Assembly (NCBI RefSeq): GCF_006345805.1 | Contig: NW_021826031.1 | Coordinates: 434,001 to 498,000, forward strand | Direction of reading: 5' to 3' | DNA from: Octopus sinensis | Taxonomy: Eukaryota | Length of the DNA stretch: 64,000 nucleotides | Part shown: piece by piece, positions 12,702-24,059 of the stretch | How the letters are laid out: every line of letters starts with the position of its first letter | Position numbering within the stretch: the first letter of the stretch is position 1 | Translations under genes and position numbers: made by a program | Notes under the pieces: generated by a model | Database searches by the model: none | Told to the model about the DNA's origin: nothing | Seen by the model: only the letters and a program-made list of their open reading frames with translations

Positions 12702-14017
12702 CAGGGGTGCGCAAGCTTTTTGGGTTTGCAGCCGCATAGCATTTTTTTCCTTCTCTTCCACGGCCGCACATTTTCTGCATTATTTTTTCGATATTAATAT
12801 AGTAATTTTTTTTAATTATTAAAAGTGACCGCATAAGTTGCCCATTGTCATCGAGACCGAATGAGTTCTTGGACAGGAAATGCTCTCGTTCATCAGGGAC
12901 ATCATATTATTAAAATAAATAATTATTTCATGGAAAAAAGATAAGAAAGAAGGAAAATTAATTAAAAGAAATTTATTATACAAGTTATTCTAATGACGGT
13001 CAGGATCTTTGGTATTTTTTGCGAGCTTATTGAAATCCACTGGTAGGGTAGATATCATTATGCGCGAACATGACTCTAAGTTTGCATCCGTTATCCGAGA
13101 TTTATATTGACTTTTTAAATATTTCATTTTGGAAAATGTAGACTCACATAAATATGTGCTTTCGAATAAAACGAGAATATTTCTTGCCATTTCACGTAAA
13201 TTTGGATAATCTGTCGCTGATTTCCATACATTCAACAAATCTTCGCTTTCATTAAATTTATTTATCAAAATTAAATCATTTTTTTAATTTCAATAATTCA
13301 ATTTGAAATTCGAAACTGTCTATGTCTCAATGCATTGTTTCGGATATATGATAATTTGTTTTACTTCATTAAGAGTATCTTCAAATTTTTTCATTTGTGA
13401 ACAAAGTGCTTGTTGGTGAATAATACAATGTACACCAATAACTGATTTATTGTTATACTCTTCTGAGACATATTCAATTAGGCGTGCAAGAAATCCTTGT
13501 TTTCTACCCAACATTGCTGGTGCGCCATCTGTGCATATTCCTTCTAGACATGTCATGTCCAATTTGAATTCCAAACAACATTGTTTAACTATTTCAAATA
13601 TATCTTAACCCCGTACATTTCCAGGTATTGACTTCATGGATAGAAAATCCACATGTATTTCAAAATCGAAGGATAGAGTACGAATAAATATGATCAGCTG
13701 AGCAGAATTACATATATCATTTGACTCATCAATGGCAAGTGAAAATAACGTAGTTTGAGAATTTAATTTTTGTAGGAGTGATAGATTAAGATGCTCGGCA
13801 ATATGTATTAAATAACTAACTGTATTAAGAGAAAACGTGAAAGTGGAATTGCTTCAAAGTTATGCTCCTTGTCGGGATCAATGCATTTAACTGATTCCAT
13901 GGGTTTTTCTTGATTAATTAACACTATGAGCATTATATTTAAGATTAGTTGCTCGATGACCTAATTGTGCCCACGGCCGCACATTCATCGACTCACGGCC
14001 GCACTTGCGCACCCCTG
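12702..14017 (-). mobile_element. hAT Buster/SPIN-type element, internally deleted
   Basis: TIR CAGGGGTGCGCAAG at both ends; FSLAIDES, CTDGAPAM, HCIIHQQAL, STYLCESTFS motifs. Confidence 0.85.
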
Positions 14018-14039
14018 CTCTAGCAGAACTTAACCCAGT

Positions 14040-14290
14040 TTTTGAGTTGATCTTTTAACTAACCAATCGTAATCAACCTTCAGTTTTTGCCCCGATCGCA
14101 GTGGAGACGTCGGGAGTCCTCGGTCTAAAAAATTCCTTATTAAACTGGGGGACCTGACAAGCAGAAGGAGAAATGATCATCGGGAACGGACATGGCTTTT
14201 CCAACGCATATCAATAGCCATCTTGCGTGGGAATTGTCATTCCATTTTATCCTCTGCTGTTAATTAAATAAATTGTAATCAATTAAAAAA
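14040..14290 (+). mobile_element. CRE-clade non-LTR retrotransposon, 3' fragment
   Basis: PIAVETSGV...WLFQRISIAILRGN followed by an A-rich end. Confidence 0.75.
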
Positions 14291-14550
14291 TATGGAAATC
14301 GTGGACGGTTATCGGAAATTTTTTTTAATCCTACAAAATTGAGTTGATCTATTCATGGAACAATATTTAAATATATGTGGATGATATTTTAGAAAAAGGT
14401 TGATTTGGTAATACGTTGCAGTAGACCACAAATCAAGGACAGCTATATTAGCTATAGCATAAATATATTCGGGTTTTTTGAGATAAAACGACTAATCTTT
14501 AGATAATTAGTGGTTAGTAGGATTAGTAAAATAAATTTTAAATAGACTTC

Positions 14551-15497
14551 TTAACTGTTTTGGGAGCAGGTATCACAGCAAAGAAGCTGGTTCCTCAAAG
14601 TGAACTTTTTATTTCGGAGAGAATGGTTACAGGAAAAGCAGTTGAAGCAGTCGGTATGCCAATTTTCGCCGTCTACATTGATATAACTGGAACCACCCAA
14701 AGCTAAATTTGATAAATGTGGTCAATGCAATTACCCGATATAACCTGCTTGCACTTTGAACATTTTTTACCAAATGACTTGTCATAGCAAGGAATGCAGT
14801 AGAAACTGGTGCCATTCATAGAAAAATTTTGATTCGAAATATTTCTACCACAAGTGGTACATACAAAACATTTTTCATGAAACTTTTTTTCGTTTGAAGT
14901 GACAATTTTGCCGTCAAGAAACTACACACGTTTTTCACTCCTGTACCTTTTTGCATCCGTGACAAACCCCTGCCTTCTTTTGATGACACTGCGTGCAGGT
15001 AGGACCGTTTTCTGTCACGTAAAATCTATCTGTCCCAATGGAATTCCTGCATTTTGAACATTTGAAGCATTTTTCGTGATAAAGTTTGTCGTTGTACGTC
15101 ATCTGGGATTCCCCTAAGAAATATTCATGTCACTCAACCTTCAGTGAATTTTTTATTGCAGCCACTGCACGACTTTGCAAATTTTTTTCGGTAGCATGCA
15201 TTGCAGCAAAACTCGTTTTCCTTCTCCAATGGGTAAAATGAATTTGTGTCTATCGAACTTCTGCATATTTTACAGCGGAAACAGGTCGCATGAAATGTAG
15301 AAGTTTTATAATTTAAAGACTATGAGATTTAAGTAAAAAAATTGTACGGATTCTCCAGGAGCTATTTTGGAATTGCACATACTACACTTTGTGGCGTATT
15401 TTCTGTCAAAGCATGACAAGCAAACTGATTGTTCGTCAATAGGTACATAGCTTTTTCCTGCCAACGATATCGAACATTCATTGCAAACTCTGCTCAT
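14551..15497 (-). CDS. FHL2: Four-and-a-half LIM domain protein, copy 1; 4 introns (28, 25, 25, 32 nt), 278 aa
   Basis: N-terminal half LIM (CNEC...CLSC) plus four complete LIM domains after splicing; length matches the FHL family. Confidence 0.92.
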
Positions 15498-16430
15498 TTT
15501 ACTGTGCGCCTCGAAATTACATTTTAAAAAGGTATTTTAACGCACTTGGGGCGTATTTTGATATGATAATATAAAAATAACATAATTTGTGCAAAAAATG
15601 AAATCACAAACTCATTCAAATTTCCACAATAATTAAACCACATAGAAACCTCATGAAATAACTGAGCATAAAAAAACGATGCACAACTTGCTTAGAAATG
15701 TAAAACATATTCAACTCCGGATTTTCTTTGCGATATTTTTAAAAGATTTTTTAGGAATCTTGACAAATGCTGAACAATTTATTCTTAACATAAATAAAAC
15801 AGTAAACTCCATTTTGACAGATTAGCTCATATTTTTTCTGATTGTAGTTCATTGATGTAAAATGTTTGACAGAACTGTAAAACAAACACGTGAATATAGA
15901 AATTAACCATAAATTTTGTGGGGAATGTTTAAACAATCAAAAACCAAAATATTCTCTTTTGGTCAGAAAATATAAGCTAAAAATAATGAATAATAAAAGA
16001 GAGTCGGCTGTTGCCCCTGTCAAGGAAAATTGAACGATTTGAATGAGGAGTAAGTACATAAATATCGCCTTCGAATTCGACTGTACAACTCGTTTATCAA
16101 ACGAACTCTGTTTTAAAACGCGGGAACTTAGGGTCTAGAACAGCTTAATTTTTTCCACAGAAAACATTAAGACTACTCATAGGTATTTGCTGGCCAAACA
16201 AGATGAGCGACGAAGAACTTTACAGAAATACTCATAAATCTGAGATTGCATAAATTTATGTTAACAAAGTAGATGCTTTTTAGACATTTCCTAAGAGCCT
16301 CGCAAAAAACGCCAGCCAATCAGGTCGTGGAATCTTATTTCTGCGTACCAAACATAACAAAATATTTCTGTCAAAACATGACAATCAAACTGATGTATCT
16401 GCTGAATAAGATTAAAACATTTTATCTTTT

Positions 16431-16744
16431 TTTTCAAAACACCCGAAAATAATTATTACAATCTAAAGCTACTGATGATCGAGAAGACGTTGCCCCTCAG
16501 GATCGCAATGGATATTCTTTGGAACAACCATTGCTTCTCCCGAGGCTCTCTCCGTCTTCTCGAGATCAGATTTCCGATTTTCCCGACGAGTTCGAACGAT
16601 TTTTGGCTCATGACCCCGGAGGTTTCTACGGATATTGGGGAGAAGATGAAGTTGTCCAACAGGTTGGAATATTTCTGAACTTTATGTGCCTCAGCCTTCT
16701 CAGCGGCTGAGCCTGGACTGATCGCGGAGTCAACTATATTGGTC
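16431..16744 (-). mobile_element. CRE-clade 3' fragment with TSD
   Basis: SVETSGV...WLFQRISIAILRGN; about 12-bp TSD TTTTATCTTTTT; empty site in the paralog at about 36060. Confidence 0.85.
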
Positions 16745-17823
16745 TTTTTATCTTTTTAAATGCGTAAATGAACTAAATCGATTATATTCATCCAGACCAA
16801 ATCGATATAATCGATTTATATTCCTCTTCAGAGTGATAATCTAAAGGCATAATGACCCATGAAGCAAAGCATTGTAATGTTTTTTGTAAATAGAAATCCG
16901 TTTTCCGCATCTATCGTGTCGTTATGAAATCATAATTCAAAAAGCCAAAAAAACTGTTGACTATTTGACCACTCAGAGTGGTAAAATGTTGAACAGTATT
17001 ACCTTTTAAGACACAATTAAGTTTTAAAGTGTATTCATTTGGGAAGAACCTATAGTTAAAAAAAAGAAAGTTTAAGTGATATTCAGATCAGTCAATACTG
17101 CTAACAAAATGTTAAAATCAGAGTTAATACGTCGTTTCTTAGTGAAATGAATGGTCAGTTCAACAAATCAGAGATTTGTAAAAACAGTACAATTCAAAAT
17201 AAGATAAATTAGTTGAAATGCGTATTAAAACAAGATCAGTTAAAGTAAGATGAAAAATCTCGTAAATATGATTATAAAATTGAGCTTCCGCTTATGTAAG
17301 ATTTTCAAATAAAGATAATTAAAGAACTACATTGAAAAAGACTTTCGAAAGCATGATGACTTAACCACGGGTAAAGAGATATATAAGTACGTCTCTGCTA
17401 CTGACTTGTGAAACTGGCCTGCTGCAAGTGAAGTGTAGTTAGCAATAAACCATTTGTTTATTTTTGTAGAGATTTTATTGACCAAAGGACCAGAGTAAGC
17501 CAGCTAATTAAAATCCTCCATGATCCCCGATTCATGTCGCAAGCGAAGTAGATCCTTCTGAAAGGTTCGAGCCTGTCCACAATGATCGGACTGAGACGAC
17601 CATGTCTCAGGGTCAGAGTTCTAGAAGTCCTTTTTTGATAAGCATTAAGTGCCTCCTGAGCGTTTCCATATCCGATTGGAAGTTCCAACTGACATGGTGG
17701 ACCCATAACGGCACGCTAAGACCGGAAGGAAGGTAAGAGATCCCCATTTTTCAACTGTGTCGTGCCAGAAGTACTCATTGCCTCACGGGCAGGGGAACGA
17801 GAATTGACCTCAGCTGAAATATA

Positions 17824-17880
17824 GCCTCCTTCGGATTCGAACCCACGACTGTTCATATCAATAGCTTCAGCCAAAGAGGC
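17824..17880 (-). ncRNA. Degenerate 57-nt tRNA-like sequence (pseudo-tRNA or SINE head)
   Basis: 7-bp acceptor stem GCCTCTT/AGGAGGC, A-box TGGCTGAAG, B-box GGTTCGAATCC, 4-bp anticodon-like stem; D-arm truncated. Confidence 0.45.
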
Positions 17881-18015
17881 TGTTTATAAGAAGGCAACTA
17901 AAAATCTGAATTGAAAGCTTTAATTAGATAGTTTAATTAACCTATTCTAATTTTAAATATAAATTTGAGAGGATAATAAACTAAGCATTCATCCTAGTTG
18001 ATACACGTGCAAATA

Positions 18016-19625
18016 ATGAACGGAAAAGAATTAGCAGATATAAACACTCAAGTACTGGACTACATTTCAGAAATCACTGATTCTGTGTCTTCCCTTGAGA
18101 TAGCTACCTCACTGAATGTAGAGCACCAGAGAATAGTGGGATCCATCAAGAGTATATCATCCACCGACTCAGAAGTATTGTTTTATAACCACCACAGTTG
18201 TTAAACTATAAAACAGAAAACTATTCTACACTTAAATTGACACCAGAGGGACAACTTGCTTTATCGAATGGAAGTTTGGAGGCCCGAGTGTTTGATCTCT
18301 TTTCTCAGAAGGAGTCATGGACTAGAGAGGAGATCAAGGTTGGTGATGTTAAATTTTCAGACATCGTTCCCTAATGCCACGATTGGACTAAATATAGCCA
18401 TTTCTCTCGGATGGGTTGGAATGGGGGACGACAGTCAGTTCCGGCGAAGAGTCGATGAAATTTCGGACTTGATTCCCCAAAGACTGAGCAGATTGGGACC
18501 CGAAGAGAACGTCGATGACCTGATAAAAAGGAAATTGGTTGCTAGGACAAGAGTGAGTCACATTCTGGTCACCAGGGGACCTGCCTTCAGGAAAGAACTG
18601 ATTAAAGCAAAAACCGATTTAACCAGTGATATGATAGCAGAGTATTCCCTTTATTTGATTCCAGTGGCTCATGGGAATCTTCTGTTCTAAAACCCTTCAA
18701 TTTTGATGCTTTGGGGTTGAGTGTGGGGGGAGGCAGTCTCATGCCTTTGATGAAGGTGAGGACTGCTATTCGATCCATATTCCTGGAAATGGGGTAATGA
18801 TTGTTCGGTTATTCAGGTTCCGGGAAATGGAGACCCATAATTATGTTGAGAATTCATTCTGGAACTTCGACACTTTATTCCAACCACAGAAACATCCCGC
18901 AAGGGATATGCACGACACGTTTTTTCTTTCAGACCCTGCCAATAGCGATGTTCCCGAGGGAAACTATTGGCAGCAAGTCCGGGACGTTCACATGCGTGGA
19001 TATCAATCGGACTGGGATGTGAGGGAGTCTCAGAAGAACGTGTTGAGGACCCACACGACAGCAGTGACTGCACGGACACTTTTTAATTTGGCCGGAAAGG
19101 AGTTTAGACCTTCAAAATTCTTTTCGATTGACCGGGTATTCCGAAATGAGACTTTGGATGCGACCCATTTGGCCGAATTCCACCAAATCGAAGGTTGTGT
19201 GATTGACTACGACATGTCTCTCGCTGATCTCATCGGACTCGTCACTGTTTTTTTCAATAAGTTGGGTTGTCTTCATTTCTGTAATGGCAGGGATCACTGA
19301 CCTCCGATTCAAGGCTGCTTACAACCCATACACGGAGCCGAGTATGGAGATATTTCATTACCATAAACAATTGGATAAATTGGTGGAGATTGGGAATAGT
19401 GGATTGCTCCGAAGGGAGGTTCTAGCACCGATGGGGTTCCCGGATAACGTGAATTGTATTGCCTGGGGCTTTTCATTAGAGAGGTTTGTTTATTCGAGTT
19501 ATGGTAGACCCACCATGATATTGTATGAGATGAAGAACATCCGAGATTTGGTGGGATCGCGAGTTGGGTTGCAGAACATTAGAAGTAGTCCAATTTGTCG
19601 ATTTAACGATCTTACCGGAAATTAA
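18016..19625 (+). CDS. FARSA: Phenylalanyl-tRNA synthetase alpha subunit, 6 introns (22-25 nt), about 489 aa
   Basis: [78 protein letters not shown]. Confidence 0.97.
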
Positions 19626-19723
19626 TTTCTTCTTTATGTTTATTTTATTTACTGAGCATTTCCTAACGATTTTTCTACGCGGTTTTTTAGATGAAATCTA
19701 TTGATGTCGTTTGCTTTCGTATA

Positions 19724-21262
19724 CAGTAAAACCTCTGGTGCTCGCCATTTTTGGGACCGAAGAAAAAATGGCGAGCAATAGAATTTGGCGAGCAATGGAA
19801 ATAATCAATAAATTTTTTGACTTTGAAATTTTGAAAACATCTCGGTTTTCGATACTTTCCGATCATAAGTGATCCTTCCAAGTCATATTTGAGCAAAGAA
19901 ACAAAGAGAATCGAAAGAAATTAAAAGGAAAAAATTAACTAAAAAAATCTTTAATAGTTTTTTTTAATTCAGCCATATTTCTAATAACTGTGTCGATTAG
20001 TTCCAACGAATTTATATCAAAATTTTCATTTTGATAAAAGAATGACTTTATTCTTTTCAACATTTTCAAAGCCTCTTCTAAATTCACATGAGATTCGTCA
20101 TTATGAGTATCTTCATCGTCATATTTTTGTGGGAAAGAATCTCCAGCAATATTAAGGTAATCATCAATTTCATCTATTTCGGTAAATTCATGATTAATAA
20201 AATCATCTTTATCCACCTGGTCCAATATTTTCAAGATATTTACCATTTGATCATAATTATCAATTTCAACAGTTGGTCTTTCGAGTTGATTTTCACATTC
20301 GATCCATTTTGAATGTCCGAAACACTTTGTAATTGTTTTGGTCGTTACTTTTTTCCAGGCAAAATATGTAAAAAGAAGACCGTCTTTTAAGGTTAATTTT
20401 TTATGAGCTTCCAGTGGATTTTCTTCATTTTCAATTTTTTCTAACATAAACTCAAATTTGAGTTTATTAAAAGGTCCTTTGAAGAATTCCATCCAAGTTA
20501 ATAGTTCGGTGTCAATAACAGAATAAGTTAGATAATCTCTTCTTATTGGAGAAAATGGGATCAGTAGACATTATTTTCTCTTTTCCAAGTCTTAAATCGT
20601 TCACAGCCCTTCGAGATATTTTTTTCTTCAAAACAGAAGAAAAAATGTAAGCTATACGGTCCATCGTGAGACTTTTGTTCTCCTCCATGTACGCAATAAT
20701 GCGACGTTTTTCATTAAAAGACAATCTTGTGCACTTACGCATGTTGAATTTAGCGTGGTTGAAACAACAACAACAAGAAGCCCTGCCGCAAGATGAGAAC
20801 GGTATGTTAACATCTCGCTTGGGCCAGCCACATAAGATCAAGACAGAGAGAACATGTTATTAGGAAACTAACTAATCCAGAGGAAGACGTCCCGAACGAA
20901 GACATGTATCTCTGCTCCATCTAATTTTTCTTTTCGAGTGTGGCTAAAGTAGACATCCGGTTCCGCAGTGCTTGAAGAACTTAGTAGTTTTCCGAAGCTC
21001 CTGGGTTCAAATCTCACTGTTATCATTTCGGCGGAAGGTTCCATGCATATTACATGCATTCCGGATTGACGAGTGACGCCGTCAACAGTGGTTAAAATAT
21101 TTTATGAAAAAATAGTTTAACCAAAAAATATTTTTAAAAATTAATGGCGAGATTTAGAAAATGGCGAGCAATAGAATATTTATCAAAATTTACTAGAAAT
21201 TTTTAATTTTTTGAAAAATATGTGGCGAGCAATAGAGGTGGCGAGCACCAGAGGTTTTACTG
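19724..21262 (-). mobile_element. pogo/Tigger-like element, internally deleted
   Basis: TIR CAGTAAAACCTCTGGTGCTCGCCA, TA TSD; HTH-psq start (MRKCTRLSFNEKRRII) and C-terminal DDE_1 remnant (AWKKVTTKTITKCF). Confidence 0.9.
20761..21087. mobile_element. SINE-like insertion containing a tRNA-Ser-like sequence (20934-21025, +)
   Basis: Flanked by GTGGTT direct repeats; (AAC)n at the left end; A-box, B-box, CTTGAAG anticodon-like loop and long variable-arm hairpin. Confidence 0.5.
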
Positions 21263-21354
21263 TATTTTAAAATTAGTAAACTTTTATGACAAGCTTTTGA
21301 TACTAAATTAACTATTTTGTTACGAAATATTTAATGAATAATAAAGAAGAGGTA

Positions 21355-21520
21355 CTCTACAAAATGAGCAAACACCGTTAAGCTTATAGAGATTGGAATC
21401 ACTTCCCAAAAGTGCTGAAACATGTTAAGGCGAAAAAGCACCATAAGTATGACCTGGTTACCAATGAGCTGAGAGTAATCAACAATGCCAAAGTAACTCT
21501 AGTACAGTTTTTCTCAAACT
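21355..21520 (+). mobile_element. R4/NeSL-like RLE retrotransposon fragment
   Basis: IEIGITSQ..LKHVKAKKHHKYDLVTNEL, similar to 56740-56830. Confidence 0.55.
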
Positions 21521-22697
21521 AAGTTCCGCGGTCCTTTTTATTTAGAGTCTAAAATATTGATACTGGAACATTGTTTTAAGTAAAGTCCATAAACATTGGT
21601 CTAGAAGGACTTACACAAACTTACATTTAGTCTGTTCATCCGGAGAACATTGGAGAGTGTGCGTGTAAAACATAAGATGGAATGATTCCGCCGAAGAATG
21701 CCAAAACATTCGGTTTACAAACGAAACAACGGAGGAAGCTTTGCCGAACTTGAAAAAGACCTCAGAAGAGGCCATCCCTGTGAGATGGATGTTTGTGCCA
21801 ATTGATAGATCGAATCTGCCTCGAAAAGGAGAAGAATCGACTGCGAACAGACGCATTAATTATAAACTAAAAGAAACTTTTGGTTTATTTCTTGACATTC
21901 GTTTTCGTGATGAATTTCACAGAATTATTGCTGGTGTTATCAAGTTTAATTTTGTATTTAATCGCGTGATTAATTCCGGCCAATATTTTGCAAAATTTTG
22001 TATTTAATTAAATTGTTGTTTTTGTTAAATTAGATCATTCATAGAACATATACGTGCCTTACTGATTACACAATAATCGATTTTTTCTTGTTAAAAAAAT
22101 CTTGATTTTTTGTCTGAAATGAATTCGGAGTATAATTCACGATTCTTAATTAGGAAGAATATTAATCAATGAAAAGATTTCAATATATGGAATATCTGGA
22201 AATTATTTATTATAGATAAATCATGTTTTTATCATTAGTAGTTATAAAGATACTTGGTTTCGCTTGGATACATCTAGAAATTTAGATTCACAGTTAAAGT
22301 TACAAGAACAAATATTTTTAATAGGTAATTTATATGAAGCACGTATGTTCTAATTAATGTTTATCCACCTGTTATATCATAAATTAATTTTACCAGCTAT
22401 TTTTGGAATTTTCCGATATTTAATTATATATAATCTATCTTTAGAAACACATTCGTTCCATCATTTGATACATTTTCTAATAACAACATATAAATAGTAA
22501 CAATATTCAGCTTTATAAAGTATAAAAAGGTGAACTATTGTCATTTTATAATTTTTGTTTAACTTTTATTGTCATTAAATTGGATGCAATTATTTTACAA
22601 TTAACTTATTAGTAATACTAAAAGTTGTAATATGTTATCAATTAAAAATACGTCGATTTAGACGATATAAATATACTTCTATTTAGATCACACATTT

Positions 22698-23309
22698 ATG
22701 GGTAGGAGGAAGATCAAAATAGAAAGAATAGCCGACGATCGAACAAAGCAAGTACTATTTTGGGTTTATTTATTTCAATTAGGTGACATTCGCAAAGCGA
22801 AAAGCTGGGATAATGAAAAAGGCATACGAACTAAGTGTTCTCTGTGGATGTGATATAGGAATTATCATCTTTAGCGAATCTGGTAAAATTTTTAGATACT
22901 CCAACACTAACCTCGATCAGGTCACTCAAAGATACAGGAAATGTAACTATTATAGTCTAAACTATATTTTAGACAGAGAAAGTAATTGTTCTATGGAATC
23001 TAATAGTGGAAATTCGACTGATTATTCAAATGAAACTGTATATGTGTTTACATTCATTTCAGGCACATAATCATCAAAGTATCTTTCCCAGCATAGAAAA
23101 ACCGATTAACGCTACTTTTAATCAACATATATGCACTTTCCAGCCCTTTGACGGCCAAATATATGGTTTATGCTTGACAATATATAGCAGAACCCGGAGA
23201 AAATTTATACCACGCCAATCAAATGTACAATTCTGGATTTGGAGTTCCTGAAACTGGACCATCACAACAAGACTATAATACTTCAATGTTCTCATTATTC
23301 AAAAAATAA
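22698..23309 (+). CDS. MEF2: MEF2-type MADS-box transcription factor, 4 introns, 167 aa
   Basis: MGRRKIKIERIADDRTKQ|VTFAKRKAGIMKKAYELSVLCGCDIGIIIFS...LDQVTQRY; intron after codon 18. Confidence 0.92.
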
Positions 23310-23569
23310 AGCAACAGGAACATAAATCATTATCGTCGATTTCTGGAAGACTACAATCTAACAAAAAAGAAAATTTCGGCAAACAATAAGTACTGGCATT
23401 TATTTTTTAGCTCAAGAAATTACAATTATTCGAATTCTTTTTCTACACCTAAAAAATTTTAATTTAAGGATTTTTTACTTTTAAATAATCTTTTAATGCT
23501 AACGTTGTTAGTAAAATTGACGTTTTATTCTTTTTTTCGTTCGCGTTCAACCTTTTAAATAGTTTGTGA

Positions 23570-24059
23570 ATTCAAAGTATTTTCCGATCCGCAAAAAGGA
23601 TTCCTCTAACAGTTTCGAGCCATTCGATTCCTATATTTTTGATTCTGACACACAGACATGATATTCTGCTTATAGTTTTCTTATAAGGAAGATTTTGGTC
23701 ATCTACTTTTTGTCCGCTGAGATCTCTCCCGATTGTGTTGGAAAGAAGCGTCTGCGGCAAGTTTAATAACCAAATTCAAAATTGAAAATTTTGATGATAA
23801 TTCTGTCATCACTGTCAACATTGAGTCCTCAAATCACCCGCAAAAACGAGGAGTGAGAAAGACTTTAAGCAAGTTATAATTTTGGTGACCCCTTGTAGAG
23901 AAAATCTAGTTTTTTAACGCGACATTGAGAATAGGTGTCTAAATTTGTCTATTGATCCAGCAAGTATTTTAATCACATTTATGGATCATTTCAATCAGAT
24001 TAGAGCAAAATCAATCTGTAGTTCCAGAGCATTCTTCAAGTCCCTCTTTGACTTTTATC
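23570..24059 (-). pseudogene. Possible decayed LINE endonuclease region; appears to continue at 29805-29880 across the inserted IS630-like element
   Basis: TFNIRGLN motif at about 29860 and an FAGDL-like motif at about 23830; heavily decayed. Confidence 0.35.

Larger units (their letters stand above)
14426..17002. repeat. Segmental duplication copy 1 (FHL cassette); paralog at 34130-37730
   Basis: Long direct alignment from CCACAAATCAAGGAC to CTCAGAGTGGTAAAATGTT. Confidence 0.95.

Noticed and set aside
17690-17725. Shared motif CCCATAACGGCA with 51545-51570 as a conserved RNA element
   Set aside because: The 51.5-kb copy is CRE coding sequence (RPYRCRYG), so the short match is probably chance.
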